The notes under the pieces were generated by a model. The model did not search any database. It had not been told where the DNA came from and worked only from the letters and a program-made list of their open reading frames with translations. From Octopus vulgaris (Eukaryota), in the NCBI GenBank assembly GCA_951406725.2, contig OX597818.1, forward strand, positions 58,652,001 through 58,716,000: DNA of 64,000 nucleotides, read 5' to 3'. Every line of letters begins with the position of its first letter. Positions within the stretch are counted from its first letter, which is position 1. Of this stretch, positions 27,513 to 41,410 are shown one piece after another. A program made the position numbers and the translations under genes.

Positions 27513-27878
27513 TTATCCTCACAACTTTGTACGTTCTTCTAATCTAGTTGCTCGCAAAAGGCAACAATGGTATGTTTTCCAGACTCTAATATGTGTTTTC
27601 CGTTGCTTCGCATGCCGGCACCCTTTGGAAGGTCTTCACCAGGCGGTATTGAGCTCGAGAGTGTGTGTCCGTTTGATGCCGTTGAGAATAAAACCTAAAA
27701 CCCAATAATACAATAACACAAAGTGAAGAACATAGACGTTGAACTCACAGTTTTAGTGACCGAATCTGTATAGTAATTCAACCCAGTGGATCCGCAGCAC
27801 TACTTATTGCGTAAACGTTTTAGTACATAGCATAAATACAGACATCCTGCACGTTTAATATTTTGTAATACTTAGCAA

Positions 27879-28170
27879 GTGGAGGCGCAATGGCCCAGTG
27901 GTTAGGGCAGCAAACTCGCGGTCGGAGAATCGCGGTTTCGATTCCCAGACCGGGCGTTGTGTGTGTTTATTGAGCGAAGACACCTAAAAGCACCAGGAGG
28001 CTCCGGCAAGGGGTGGTGTGACCCTGTTGTACTGTTTCGCCCCAACGTTCTCTCATTCTTTCTTCCTGTTTCTTGAGTAAAGCTGTGATGGAGGGAACAT
28101 ATACGCCACAGACAACGGGAAACCGGGCCCATGAGCCTGGCTAGGCTTGAAAATGTTGCATAAACAAAAA
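27879..28170 (+). mobile_element. tRNA-derived SINE family B, variant with alternative 3' end
   Basis: Head ggaggcgcaatggcccagtggttagggcagc...ggtttcgattccc matches 51262; it diverges after ~28070. Confidence 0.85.
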
Positions 28171-29952
28171 TAAAAAGTATTTAGAAAACTTGACTCAATC
28201 GTTGTATGAATGTAGTTCCCTTAATATACAATAGATAGTGTTTTAATTCTATGTTCACATAAAGAAGAGAATAAAAAGGATTTAATTTGATTTGATGGAT
28301 ACATAATCGCTGACATTTTCATGAATATTCATATTTGGGGAAAAGTATTTATTTAAAGAATTGCATTAAACTTTCATATGAGAATGTATATCCTTGTATT
28401 TCCAGACCAACACACGCTATATCATGGCATGAATGATTAGTATACATATATTATTAGTAAATAGTCAGTTGTTAATGCAACAGATCAATATTGTCTTCAA
28501 AGAAGTTGACGTAAATACTTTCCTGATTAGAAATACATTAATTATATATACATATATAAACCGCCGGGAATATATTGTGTTTGGAACAAGGACAGAAATA
28601 TGAATACCGTTCGAAAGGAAAAGCAATATGAATGTGATTATTAATGCAAAATGAGGTGACAAGGATTCAGTCATTATGATTAATTAAGCTATCTCTACAT
28701 GTTGAACAAAATAAATGTTCAAGAAGGCATGTATTTCAAATTTTATGATTCGCTAGAAATTGAATCGTGTGACATCTCTGCATATCATATATCGCTGCAT
28801 TGTGTTCATATGATACATCTAAGACATCGTATTACATGGTAAAAGTGTATACTATTGTTATAACATGAACGTTACTGGTATTGGCTTTTGCTCACTGGAG
28901 TAATAATCGGATCGTCCACGCCGATACTCTTTAAATTTAGAATCTCAAGATACTAAAAGCAATTATGCTGCACGCTATTTCAATTTCCCTTTGACAAATC
29001 TGTTTAATACAGAAATTACGCAATGTATGTTAACACTACAGATTTTTAGATTTATATTCGATATGTGTTACATTTCTGAGATTATGGATGTACGAGAAAC
29101 ATTTTCAGTTTAACAGTAATATCAATATACTAGCATTGGAGATTATATAGCACAATAAGTCGTTTCACTGGTGCTTCTATGTGGACTCTAATAATTAGAA
29201 ATGGCAATGATATTCATGGTTTAAAAATGTAAATATGTGCCCCTGTTTATTGGTTTTCGTACAATGATATTCACGCGTCATGCTATAATTTGTTTATATA
29301 TTCATGGAAGCATGCAGAAATACTTGTGGATATCATTAGACAATTGTTTTTCTTTCAAATTTCATTTAACTAAATGGAGAATATGCTTCAAAGAAGCGGC
29401 ACAAATGACTTATATTAAATTTATGATAATTTGATTCCCTGAATATATATCTATCTCCTATATGAAAGGTATCTATATAAGATAGATAAGTTAATTTAAA
29501 TATGTGTGTGTGTGCTTGTACGAGAAAGCGTATGATGCTCAGTATTCTATACGAGTTATAACTAGTGAGAATGGTGTGTTCTCAAAATGTCATAACGACT
29601 TCTTGATCGCATAATTTTGGTTAAATCGGGAGGTCCTCAACCGTAAATATCCCCGAGTTTTATAAGTACAAAACTGCACATATCGTGTGTTTTTATCAAA
29701 AACTGTATATGCTCAAGCTTCTGTGCATGAAATGCTGTTTGGGCTTAAAACATCGCAGTATATTCCGATCGAACGGAACAACCATGTTTAATTGGCTACG
29801 AACATAACTTGCTAGTACTACTTCGTTAGATAGATGTTAGAACTAGCTCTTTTGCTTGCTGCACAATGAACGACTGCGTATCACTTAAATATAGGCGTTC
29901 AGGCGAGTATACTGGTATTGATGTGGCAACATTTGAAATATTGTCTAGGTAA

Positions 29953-30021
29953 ATGTAGCTGATGATGACTGATCAAATTTACGTTGTTAAACGTATTTGA
30001 AGTTAGAAACCGGTCCTGCAT
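29953..30021 (+). ncRNA. Type I hammerhead ribozyme, canonical core, extended stem II
   Basis: Stem I AUGUAG/CUGCAU; CUGAUGA; stem II UGACU/AGUUA extended by UCAAAU..UACGUU/AACGUAUUUGA; GAAA; ACCGGU; GUC cleavage after C30015. Confidence 0.85.
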
Positions 30022-30200
30022 TATCCGATTCTAGGTTCTCCATTTATCGAATGTTCAGCTTAGAGGTAAGCCAAATTTTTCATGTTTGTTGCACACACAT
30101 GTCTTTGCTAGTATATACGCAGTGAAGCTATACAATAACGTCGTATTTGTATTGATTGCTATTTTCCAGTAAATATTGGTGCCTTGTTGTACCACTTATC

Positions 30201-30302
<102 letters not shown>

Positions 30303-30316
30303 CTATCTATCTATCT

Positions 30317-30351
<35 letters not shown>

Positions 30352-31474
30352 GGCCTTATTTTCTGGTTAAAAACCTCGCAGTAAAGTTCGTTTGAAGCGA
30401 ATGTTACTTAAAACAGACCTTTGCATCAATTCTATCTATTTATTCTTGCAAATTCTTAAATTAATTTCTCTTGTTTTCCGTTTTGGTTTACGGGTTTTGT
30501 TTGGGTTAATACAGAAAAGGAATTTGGTAGAATTTTATGACATTTGTTCATGATGTATTGTTTATAATTTCTTTGCATGAAATCGATGTTCAGAAATTTG
30601 TATCTTGTGAATACATTTCAGAACACTTTTCTGATTAAACATTACTGATCGACCCTACCCTCCGAAGTTAATGGTAAATCACAACAGGTAAAAAAAGGTT
30701 TTTCCAGTGAAGACCAACAATAATTAATAGGAAATTAGATTCGGTTTCAAATAAACTTCTTTACATTTCTGCTGGATTAACTTAATTTCGCTCAAATCTC
30801 AATTTTCATAATCACTTTGGGGATTTGTACAGAGTAAGTTTTATACATTCAAAACAATTTTCTGGTTGGGATTATGCACATATTTATGTGGCTGTCTGTG
30901 GTCAAGGCACTTTTCATTCAAATATATGCAAAATAGCAAGTCAAATTCCTTACTTCTATATTACGGAGCGTCGTTTCAATTCGTATTTTATAACTTCAGG
31001 ATATAATTAACTTTTATAGCTTCCGTACTTAAATCATATAAGGCTTCCATAGTTATTCCCTGTAGGACTAATTCTGCTAATCCAGGTGAATGGGTTTCTT
31101 TCCTGATTGAATTTTCAAAATTATTCTGTTAATACAAAGTTTATGTCTTATTGAATCGGCAATAAAGATTTAATAGACTGTGTTCTGTATTCTGTATGAG
31201 AAAAAGTTTGGGCAGATCTAATGGTTACGAAAAAGGCTTTGAAAGTTCATATAACATAAAGGGCAAGCAAATATCATGCGGACGTATACGCCAAAACACA
31301 CACATACACACATGTATATATATATGAGCATGCATGTATGTATGTATGTAGGTATGTATGTATGTATGTGTGTATGTATGTATGTATGTATGTATGTATG
31401 TATGTATGTATGTATACATGTATGTATGTATGAATATATGTATGCATGCATGCACACATGTATATATTTATATA

Positions 31475-32620
31475 CTCAAACCCAGCAAACCCAGCAAAAG
31501 TCACCAGCGGTGTTCCCCAGGGAACTGTTTTGGGTCCGCTACTCTTCGTAATTTACGTAAACGACCTTTCCAGTTTCGTACATCACTGCAAAGTGAAAAT
31601 ATTCGCTGATGACACTAAGCTCCAGCAAATCGTCAATGAAGAAGCAGACCGAACTCAACTCCAGTCTGATCTATATGCTGTGAGTCAATGGGCAGAGAGA
31701 AACAAAATGCAACTGAATGAGGGAAAATTTGAGCTGATGCATTTTGGAAGAAATTCCTCACTAAAACAACCATACTCTCTTCCTTCAGGGGAACCGCTCA
31801 CAGCCTCTAACAATATCAGAGACCTGGGTGTAATTGTTGATGACGATCTCAGTTGGAGTGCACACATCAACAAGAAGGTTGATATAGCTCGTAGGATGAG
31901 TTCCTGGATCTTAAGAACTTTCCGGTCCAGAGAACAAGGTATCATCATACCACTTTTTACCTCCTTTGTACAGCCACACCTTGAATACTGCTGCCCAGTG
32001 TGGTCTCCTCACACAAGACAAAACATCTCCAGAATTGAGTCACTCCAGAGGGCTCTCACTAAACAAATTGAAGGCATGGCTGCTCTCGATTATTGGGATC
32101 GCCTTAAAACCTTGAAACTTTACTCCCTCCAGCGTCGCCGTGAGCGGTACATCATTTGTACGATGTGGAAAATATACCGCCAACTTTGCCCAAACGACCT
32201 AAACATTAGCTTCAGGGTCCATCCAAGACTTGGACCACGGGCTATACGTCCCCTGCCAAATTCAAGATCACAACATACGTGTACACTGCAACATAATTTC
32301 TTTTCCTCAACAGGCCCTGCCCTATTTAACATTGTCCCGAGGGAGATCAAAGAGGAAAAGGATCCCATCAACTTTAAACAGAGTCTGGATAGATTCCTTC
32401 AAAGAATACCAGATAAGCCACCCATAATTGGATACAACTCACCCAACAAGAACTCACTACTTGAACAAAACTGAATACAACTCACCCAACAAGAACTCAC
32501 TACTTGAACAAAACTTGACTTAAACAGGATTCGAATAATCCTATCAGTTGGTGCTATTAAGTTAGACATAGTCTGGACCAATCTCTGGTCGAAACATATC
32601 TAAGTTTTATCTAAGTTTTA
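31475..32620 (+). mobile_element. 5'-truncated CR1-group LINE (RT C-terminal half, open frame to 32474)
   Basis: SGVPQGTVLGPLLF, FADD, RDLGV, LEYCCPVWSP and [11 protein letters not shown] motifs; ~41-bp tandem duplication at the stop; short repeat tail. Confidence 0.93.
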
Positions 32621-32859
32621 TATATATATATATATATATATAAGTAAATATATATATGTATATATGTGTGTGTGTGTGTAAATAAGTAAGGATGTAGTTT
32701 CTAAAACAGCGCACAAAACAAAGTTACATTCATTGTTTTAGAATTGTCGTAATCGATGTGAATATATATACTCATTTACTTCCACAAATGGTTCTTAATA
32801 AATTTTGTCAAGTTGAACACCAGCATAAACCGGTTAAATATAGGTGTACGTACGTACGT

Positions 32860-33420
32860 CATTGTTCAGTTTTATTTCAAGATTTCTTGCCAACATAGAA
32901 AGAGCCGGTTTCTAACATAGGTCCACAGCTCCTTCATTGGAATTTGATCATCAGCAATAGTGTATCTTTGTTTTTGTATGTATGTATGTCATGGCTCTGT
33001 CTCCTTTCAAGATCCCTTGCCGATAGAGAAAGTGCCGGTTTCTGACCTAGATCCAAGGCACCCTCATAGGAATTTCGTCATCAACAGCAGGCTATTTTTG
33101 CTTGCTTTTATGTATGTCATTGTTCAGTTATATTTCAAGATTTCTTGTCAATAGAGAAAGAGCCGCCGGTTTCTAACCTAAATCCAAAGTTCCTATATTG
33201 GAATTTCAACTGCAACAAGAAGGCATTTTTATTTGTATGTACGTATATGTGAAGATTTGTATGTTTTGCTTTATGTATGTATTCTCATGCATATAGTTGC
33301 ATATCTAGATGTGCTCATATATATTTAAGTGCTAAACTTCTGGAAAGTTGTACAGATTTTTACAGTTCCAATGATGGTTTGGGACTATAGTTTTCGAATC
33401 AGCATTCTCCTTTCTTATTT
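32860..33420 (-). repeat. Tandem array (3 units of ~130 bp) of the 4640-5540 family, opposite strand
   Basis: gccggtttct(a/g)ac.tag.tcca.....cc.tcat.ggaattt repeated near 32900, 33030 and 33160. Confidence 0.75.
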
Positions 33421-33429
33421 TGAGATTGC

Positions 33430-33935
33430 TATTTAGTCAGTGTGTTACATATCCCAGGAACCCAATAATTACAGCTATAAACCTGAACTTGTAATTTGGA
33501 TTGAGTAACTGCAGATTTTTCTATAGTTCAGCGCAGGTATTCTGTTTCACTCATGTTCAGCTTTATGCTAACATCCTCTGGGTAGCTAATTTCTACAACT
33601 GTTCACAGTTTCTATTCTTTATCCGAAGTCATTATGTCGGGTCTGTTGAGCTCACATTTTACTGAGGTCTTCACTGAGACATTCCACCAGGACTAATTTT
33701 TATTATGAATGGCTATAGCTTCTACAATACTGTTGGTTCTTATTTCTTTGCCCTCGGGGTTATCCTTCCTACGAATTTCACTATAGAGTAGTCTAGCTAC
33801 AGCATTATAACTCATCCGTAGATAATGCCATGTTGACATTTTCGGACAACTGTTTATGCTGTGGGTGAAAGCTTCCCTATTGGATCCACAAAGTCTACAT
33901 TGGATATCACATTTCCTTGTTTTTCCTGCTTTATT
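33430..33935 (-). mobile_element. R4/Dong-like non-LTR retrotransposon C-terminal fragment (CCHC + restriction-like endonuclease)
   Basis: CRLCGSNREAFTHSINSCPKM...WWNV...NRPDI...VVEIS...IIGFLG. Confidence 0.75.
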
Positions 33936-33941
33936 CCTACT

Positions 33942-34029
<88 letters not shown>

Positions 34030-34190
34030 GATATGGAAATATATACGGGTGTGTGTGATTGTGTATAGAAGTATATATTAATAAAATGAATTCCAACCGT
34101 GTCTGAATTCACGTTTTATTTACAATCTTATAATGACATAAGATAATATAATAAAATAAAATAATAGAATGTTAAATGTTCATTCTGATT

Positions 34191-34233
34191 GAACTAGTAC
34201 TTTCATACATTAAATTCTGCAATCTTCAGCTTC
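34191..34233 (-). ncRNA. HHR-like motif
   Basis: GAAG-CUGAAGA-U-UGCA..UGUA-U-GAAA-GUAC-U-A-GUUC; palindromic AGUACU; stem-closing pairs imperfect. Confidence 0.5.
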
Positions 34234-34491
34234 ATGTAGTAGTGGTGGCAGTCATGCTTCACAATTTTTGACTGTAGCGAGATGATTGAATCTGTGCCTT
34301 AAATACAGCTGTGTGGGCTCCAGATGCTAGGTTTTGCAAACTGTATTTTGACCAATCAGTGTGTAGTATCACTCAATTACTTAAGTTGATTGGTTGGTTG
34401 TGCTGATTATTATATTTATTATATTATATTATCTTATATCATTATAAGATTGTAAATAAAACGTGAAATCAGACAAGGTTGGAATTCCTTT

Positions 34492-34552
<61 letters not shown>

Positions 34553-34593
34553 TTTCTCCGCATTCCCTTCTTTGGATCTTTCCTTTTTCCTAT

Positions 34594-34627
34594 GTTTCTG
34601 ACGAAGAGCTCCATTCGAAACGTTAAC
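34594..34627 (+). ncRNA. Minimal HHR-like motif in an H1-related repeat (34550-34720)
   Basis: GUUU-CUGACGA-A-GAG-CUCCA-UUC-GAAA-CG-UU-AAC. Confidence 0.5.
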
Positions 34628-34825
34628 CCTCCTTCTTTCTTTCTTTCCTGAGCGTCCAATAATACTATACCTGTTCCACGTCCTCGCGTTGTTGTGTTTT
34701 CATGTTTGGATTAACGTTATATATATATATCTGTATGTATGTATGCATAGAGAGAGAAAGAGAGAGAATGAGAGAGAGAGATTGGGTAATTAAGTGTTAT
34801 TTCCATTCTCATCTTCTTTATCAAT

Positions 34826-34862
<37 letters not shown>

Positions 34863-35329
34863 TTTAAAAGTTGGCATTTTTTATTGCTGGCGAAGGGCTG
34901 CGGCTGCGCAGTAGATTTTGAAAAGGTTAGAATGTATAAACAAGGGGCACGTAGTTTGATCGACTCGTGTTTTATACGTTTAACCCTAGGTGTTCCTGCT
35001 AAAGACGATTTCACCTGGCGAGTGTATATGTTATTCATTTACTCGCTAAACTAAAATCAGAAACCATTTGGTCCAGGAAATTAGATGGTAAAATGTTTTT
35101 AGTTTTCATTTCGTTCCTGTCGAATTTATCCTTAATGTTTGTGGTTATAGAACCTAGCTGTTCTTTCTAGCGTGATGAATCCCATGAATGAATTCCTCAT
35201 GTGTTTAAATGTGCACTGCATATTATGACTATATATATATATATACACTTGACTCTGTTATCTCCCCTACTATCCCTCTAGCGTCTAACGTCTGACCTCT
35301 AACGTTTGACATCCGATCTCTGACTTCTG

Positions 35330-35539
35330 AAATCAGGACGCCATGTTAGATCGCTAGCCCCTACACGCAATTTTTTTCTTTCCTTGTTTCTCTCCTTGTT
35401 TCTTTTCTGTGTATCTTTCTGTCGAAGAGCGTAGGCTCGAAACGTAAAAGACTTGTTCTATTTCTATTCCTGAGCGCTATACTAGTACATTTGTTTGTTT
35501 GTACTCCACCTGCCTTCGTCTTTTGTTTATTTTCGTAAA

Positions 35540-35545
<6 letters not shown>
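35330..35545 (+). mobile_element. Family H1 repeat with HHR-like motif at 35414-35451
   Basis: UCUUU-CUGUCGAA-GAGC-GUAG-GCUC-GAAA-CG-U-A-AAAGA; close match to 16850-17058. Confidence 0.75.
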
Positions 35546-35576
<31 letters not shown>

Positions 35577-35900
35577 GTTGTATTTGGGGAAGGTCATGTT
35601 TCCTGGGAACAAATGTCAACGTGATGACCTCATATGTACTGCTGTGATTCTTTCGCCAAGCAGGGTAAATCTTCTTCACCTATGGGGTTTAAGCTCTGCA
35701 ACACGAATAAGAGAATTTCGTTGGCGACCAAAGCGAACTACTATGCAAGATGGGCCTCATGTAATCCCGCTCTATGAAAGTATCACGTCACCTTGGGAGA
35801 TATACCATAACAGGTTTGAAGAAACATAGATCTGATACATAATGTATATAATTTATTAGCTGTATATTTGTGCATGCAGTACATGTGTATATACAATAAA

Positions 35901-35937
<37 letters not shown>

Positions 35938-35994
35938 CGAAATACATACATATATCTCTTATATAAAATACATTGTGTGTGTGTGTGTGTGTGT

Positions 35995-36352
35995 GTGCGT
36001 GCGTTTCTGGCTTCTAGGATCTCGGGCATCCTCCATCTGATTGCGCTCAAATTTGATATGTTGATACCGACGGTATCAGGACGTGTATCGTGTATAAGTC
36101 TTGAAAAAATTACAAAAATCGATTCCAGGTGAGAATGCGATCGATAAAGCCGTGGGAAATCGTTTTTCTTTGGAATAGAAAAAAAAAAGTCTATCTTTAT
36201 TTCTTCTTTTGCTGGTGTCTCAAATTTAGGTTAAATCTGTATTTCTCAAACGGGAGGCCTATGGGACGGTCAGACAAGTTGTTTTGAGAAAATTCGGTTT
36301 AAATGCTTGACAACTCAGCACCGTCCATTGCACGCGAGGGCGTTTTGCTCGT
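35995..36352 (+). mobile_element. Probable decayed non-autonomous Helitron
   Basis: 5' region (ctgattgcgctcaaatttg after GT repeats) parallels the 50260 element; ends in a GC-rich stretch plus GCTCGT (CTAG variant). Confidence 0.4.
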
Positions 36353-36442
36353 ACACACACACATATATGTATGTATGTATATATATATAACGGGAAGGTT
36401 TACGGAAATAAACAAAAAACGAAGGCAGGTGGAGTACAAACA

Positions 36443-36495
<53 letters not shown>

Positions 36496-36573
36496 AATAA
36501 ATATTAGGGAATAAATCCAAATTTACAGGGAAAAATCAGATTTAGGATTGAATCCAACTTTATAGTAAAATAT

Positions 36574-36769
36574 TATATAATATTAATTAGAGACAAAACC
36601 ACTATTATGCAAATCAAACAAAGAAAGACTTAATCCAATACATAAAAATTTTTATATAAATTAAATAAAATTGTGGATAACTTGATTTTATTTAATTTAT
36701 ATAAAATTTTTTATGTATTGGATTAAGTCTTTCTTTGTTTGATTTGCATAATAGTGGTTTTGTCTCTAA

Positions 36770-36782
<13 letters not shown>
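36574..36782. repeat. Fold-back inverted repeat (~98-bp arms, ~13-bp loop)
   Basis: taattagagacaaaaccactattatgcaaatcaaacaaagaaagacttaatcc / ggattaagtctttctttgtttgatttgcataatagtggttttgtctctaatta. Confidence 0.92.
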
Positions 36783-36802
<20 letters not shown>

Positions 36803-37729
36803 TATATATACACATACTTATGTATATCTATATACATATTTATATACTTATATATATATATATATATATATATAGATAGATAGATAGATAGATATATTAT
36901 ATGTATATATACATATATATACTTAAATATATGTATTTATGCACTTATAGATATATATGCACCAACAATCATATATACATTTATTTTATATGTGTGTGTA
37001 TGTGTGTGTATATATGGTAATTACTATTCACTTGCTCTCTGGATATATACTTCACTGTATCATTTCAAATTCTTGCGTTTAAATTATTGAGTAACTGAAC
37101 AAAACTACGATGCTGGAGAATCGATTTTAAATAATTTCTTCTGGAATTCGAATACGCAAGGAACTTCCTTCGTATAATAAAATTTTCTTTTCATACGAAC
37201 AAATTCAGGATACAAGTATTTATTTTTATTCTTTTGAATGCAATTGGAAAGCTTTAAATTTGATAGATTTCATATTATGTCTTTATTCTCTATCGAGAAA
37301 TTTACTGATCCATTCATCAACCTTTAACATTTATTGGTCTGAATAAACCGAATGAATACCATTATTACAAAAACGTTTTTTTTTTCCCTCTCTATTTACT
37401 GTCAGTAAGATTTATGGCCTCTTCATCGACACAAGTGTGGCGTAATGCACGCTTTTACAATAACATAAAATATTAACATTCGGAGTCATCTGGAAAACAT
37501 AACTGATGTGCAGTGATATATTTAAATAACGTTAAATTTCTTTAGTGAATTATAAAGTCGCAGATAATTATTAGTATGTAATGCGGAGAAAGATTTATTT
37601 TCTGGTAACTGTCAGGTTGTATATATTAAAAAAAATACTAAATATATCCTGGCTAATATCTTCTTCGGCATATATAGGATACACAGAACGTATTCTTTCG
37701 AAGAATGTACACTTAATTTGAAAATTTAT

Positions 37730-37952
37730 ACTCTTTACTCTTTTACGCTTTTATTTGTTTCAGTCATGTGACTGTGGCCATGCTGGAGCACCGCTTTTGG
37801 CCGAGCAAAGCGACCCCAGGACTTATTCTTTGTAAGCCTACTACTTATTCTATCGGTCTCTTTTGCCGAACCGCAAAGTCACGGGGTCGTAAACACACCA
37901 GCATCGGTTGTCAAGCGATGTTATGGGGACAAACGCACACACACACATACAT

Positions 37953-38006
<54 letters not shown>

Positions 38007-38222
38007 TCTTGTAACGATGGTGTATTCTGGTTCAATCTACTTTTGTATATAATTATACACGACAGGCTTCTTTCAATTTCCACCTACCAAATCCACTCAC
38101 GAGTCTTTGGTCGGCCTGAGGTTACAGTAGAAGACACATGTCCAAGCTGTCACGTGGTGGGACTGAACTCGGAACCATGTGGTTGGTAAACAATCTCCTT
38201 ACCATACAGCCACTAATGCGCC
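37730..38222 (-). mobile_element. SINE family C
   Basis: Same head, body and tail as 13866-14250. Confidence 0.85.
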
Positions 38223-38444
38223 TATTAACGATGATTTAATAAGGACTATTTCTACTTTTCGTAATAGACTTTGCATGTATTGCCCTTAAAAACAAACTCT
38301 TAGAATTAATGTATGCGAAGGGTTAATTGCAGCATATTTTTTGCCAAACATGATGAAAGCTTCTTCACCAAGTATATTATGGTAAGTATAATGTCAAAAA
38401 ATAGTTGTAAATATCTGATAAAATGCAAACAGTTTATTAATGCT

Positions 38445-39202
38445 ACGGAAAAATACTCTAAGCACAAGGCCCAAAACTTTTGGGAAGGGCGCCAGTCAAT
38501 TAGATCGACCACAGTACTCAACTGGTACTTAATTCATCGACGAGGAAAGGATGAAAAGCAAAGTCGACCTCGGTGGATTTTGAACTCAGAACGTAAAGAC
38601 AGACTTAACATCATGTCAGTCATTTATTCTTTTCTACAAGACCGGAAATGCTTGGAGAGAGGGCCAGTTGATTAGATCTATCCAAGTACGTAACTGGTAT
38701 TTAATTTATCGACCCCGAAATGATGAAAGGCAGAATCAAGTTCGGCGGAATTTGAATTCAGAACGTAAAGATAGACGAAATACCTATTTCTTTATTACCC
38801 ACGAGGGCCTAAACATAGAGGGGACAAACAAGGACAGACATAGGTATTAAGTCGATTACATCAACCCCAGTGCGTAACTGGTGCTTAATTTTTCGATCCC
38901 GAAAGGTTGAAAGGCAAAGTCGACCTCGACGGAATTTGAACTCACAACGTAACGGCAGACGATATACCTATTTCTTTATTACCCACAAGGGGCTAAACGC
39001 AGAGGGGACAAACAAGGACAGACATAAGTATTAAATCGATTACATCGACCCCAGTGCGTAACTGGTACTTAATTTATCGACCCCGAAAGGATGAAAGGCA
39101 AAGTCGACCTCGGCGGAATTTGAACTCACAACGTAACGGCAGACGAAATACCGCCAAGCATTTCGCCCGCCTTGCTAATGTTTCTGCAAGTACGCCGCCT
39201 TC
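38445..39202 (-). mobile_element. SINE family A, tetrameric tandem
   Basis: Four units containing gaaaggatgaaaggcaaagtcgacctcggcggaatttgaactc; two tail types. Confidence 0.88.
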
Positions 39203-40015
39203 AAGCTTAAATAGTTAAAATCAATATCCTGCTTACTTTGTTCTCAAACGTAGAGCGAATTTCTTTTTGTTTTATCAAAAAGCATTTTGATTATGACCAT
39301 CCCATACTTCTCGTTTGCAGAATAACAATATAAAAATTACGTATTCTGTTCTAACTACGTGTGTATGTATGAATATGTGTTTATATGTGTATTTGTGTTT
39401 GCGTGTGAGTGCGTGTGTTAAAGTGTGAGCGCGTTTGTATATGCTTCTGCGTGTGCGTGTGTGTGTTTGTGTGTATTTGTATGCATGCCTGTGTGTGTTT
39501 GAGTGTGTGCGTGTGTGCAATTATCAGGAGATCTAAGAACCTATTCCAACAAATGGAACACCAGGTAGATGCCGTCGAGGTAAAGCGACATCAAAGAAAT
39601 TTATTTTCCCGACAGACATATATGTAAATGTATGTAAATGAAGATTAATGTTCGGTACAAAAACAGTTTCCTGTATTCTAGATATCATTTAGCGTATATC
39701 ATACAGGGAACTCCTTTCTTTATCAAATCCTGTACTTGAAGTTGTTTGAAATTTGAAACAATAAACGAAACATCCAAGTAACAAATAAGGAATATAATAA
39801 TATTAATGATTGCTTGTTGATAAAAGTTGTTTCAAATAAAAAAAAAAGATATGTAACTGAATGTTTTCTCAAGTATATAAGTTCTATTCTCACATTATAA
39901 GAGTAATAAGTTTGAGATTGCTCTGAGCAAATCAGGAATATGTGGATCTGGAAATATTAGACACGTACTCAGGAACGACAACACGCGCGAAAGCACAAAC
40001 AGATACACACATATG

Positions 40016-40113
<98 letters not shown>

Positions 40114-40122
40114 TATATAATA

Positions 40123-40154
<32 letters not shown>

Positions 40155-40334
40155 GATATATATTATGGGTATACATATAAAATATATAAAAAATATATAA
40201 AAAATCATACATACATACATACATACATACAGTACATATTTATATTATATATATATATTATTATGTATATTAGATAGAAATGAGTACACAGAAAATCGGA
40301 TGGTTTATATTTACAGATATTTATTTGTATATTA

Positions 40335-40415
<81 letters not shown>

Positions 40416-40435
40416 ATGTGTGTGTTTGTGTGTAA

Positions 40436-40514
<79 letters not shown>

Positions 40515-40828
40515 TAACAATAACAATAATAATACTGTATATATATGTAATGATATATATGATATATTGATTATTCATTTTTGCACTTTTTGTGATCTAG
40601 TTATATGTTTTAAAAAAAATATTTTTTATTTTTTATTTGTGATTTGGTTTATGTCTAACATCGTTTGAATTGCATAATAGTGGTTTTTCTCCAGTATATA
40701 TATATATATATACAACTTTGATTAGGGAACAAATAACAGGGATAAATTACATTTTGCAGTCATCCAAACCCTTTTGACTCCATAAAAAGAGGCAAAAATT
40801 ATTTATTATCGTACATATATATATATAT

Positions 40829-40896
<68 letters not shown>

Positions 40897-40969
40897 ATAG
40901 ATATAGATACATAGATAGAGAGATATGGGGATATAGATATATGTGTGCATGTATATATGTATGTATGTA

Positions 40970-41410
40970 TCCATCCGAATATTCGGATGGATTTTGAGAT
41001 CCTTCAGAACAATGCACCAGGAAATTATGCTGGCCTTGTGGAGGTTATTTTTCCTTAGCTGTCTGGACTACGGCTATCAACTGTGGTCAACCTACAGCAT
41101 AGGATTAATGACAGAACTTGAGGTGGTTCAGCGATTCTATACGATGAAGACTGCATAAATGTAACAGCTGAACTACTGAGAGAAATTGAAAGAGTTGCGA
41201 CTCTTCTCCCTGGAGCGAGGACGATACGTGTATGCCGTGATATATGCGTGAAAGATAGTGAATAGGACGCGACTACACTGTTACAAATGTCCCAGTTGTC
41301 GCATCAAAGATGTGGACCATAAAATGCAATAGACTGGGATTTAAGGTTCCACACCTATTTCACACCTTGCCAAAACATTTCAGGGATCTACATGGAGTGA
41401 GAGTAGATGT
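40970..41410 (+). mobile_element. Decayed CR1-group LINE fragment related to the 23.7-kb family
   Basis: GWILRSFRT...LDYGYQLWS...LMTELEVVQR. Confidence 0.8.

Noticed and set aside
35576-35812. TGTT...AACA bounded segment (solo LTR?)
   Set aside because: There is no TSD or second copy in the window.
39528-39579. Possible 52-nt host exon (ag|GAGATC...GTCGAG|gtaaag; RSKNLFQQMEHQVDAVE)
   Set aside because: The acceptor tract is weak, there is no recognisable homology, and no neighbouring exons were found. It would need RNA-seq.
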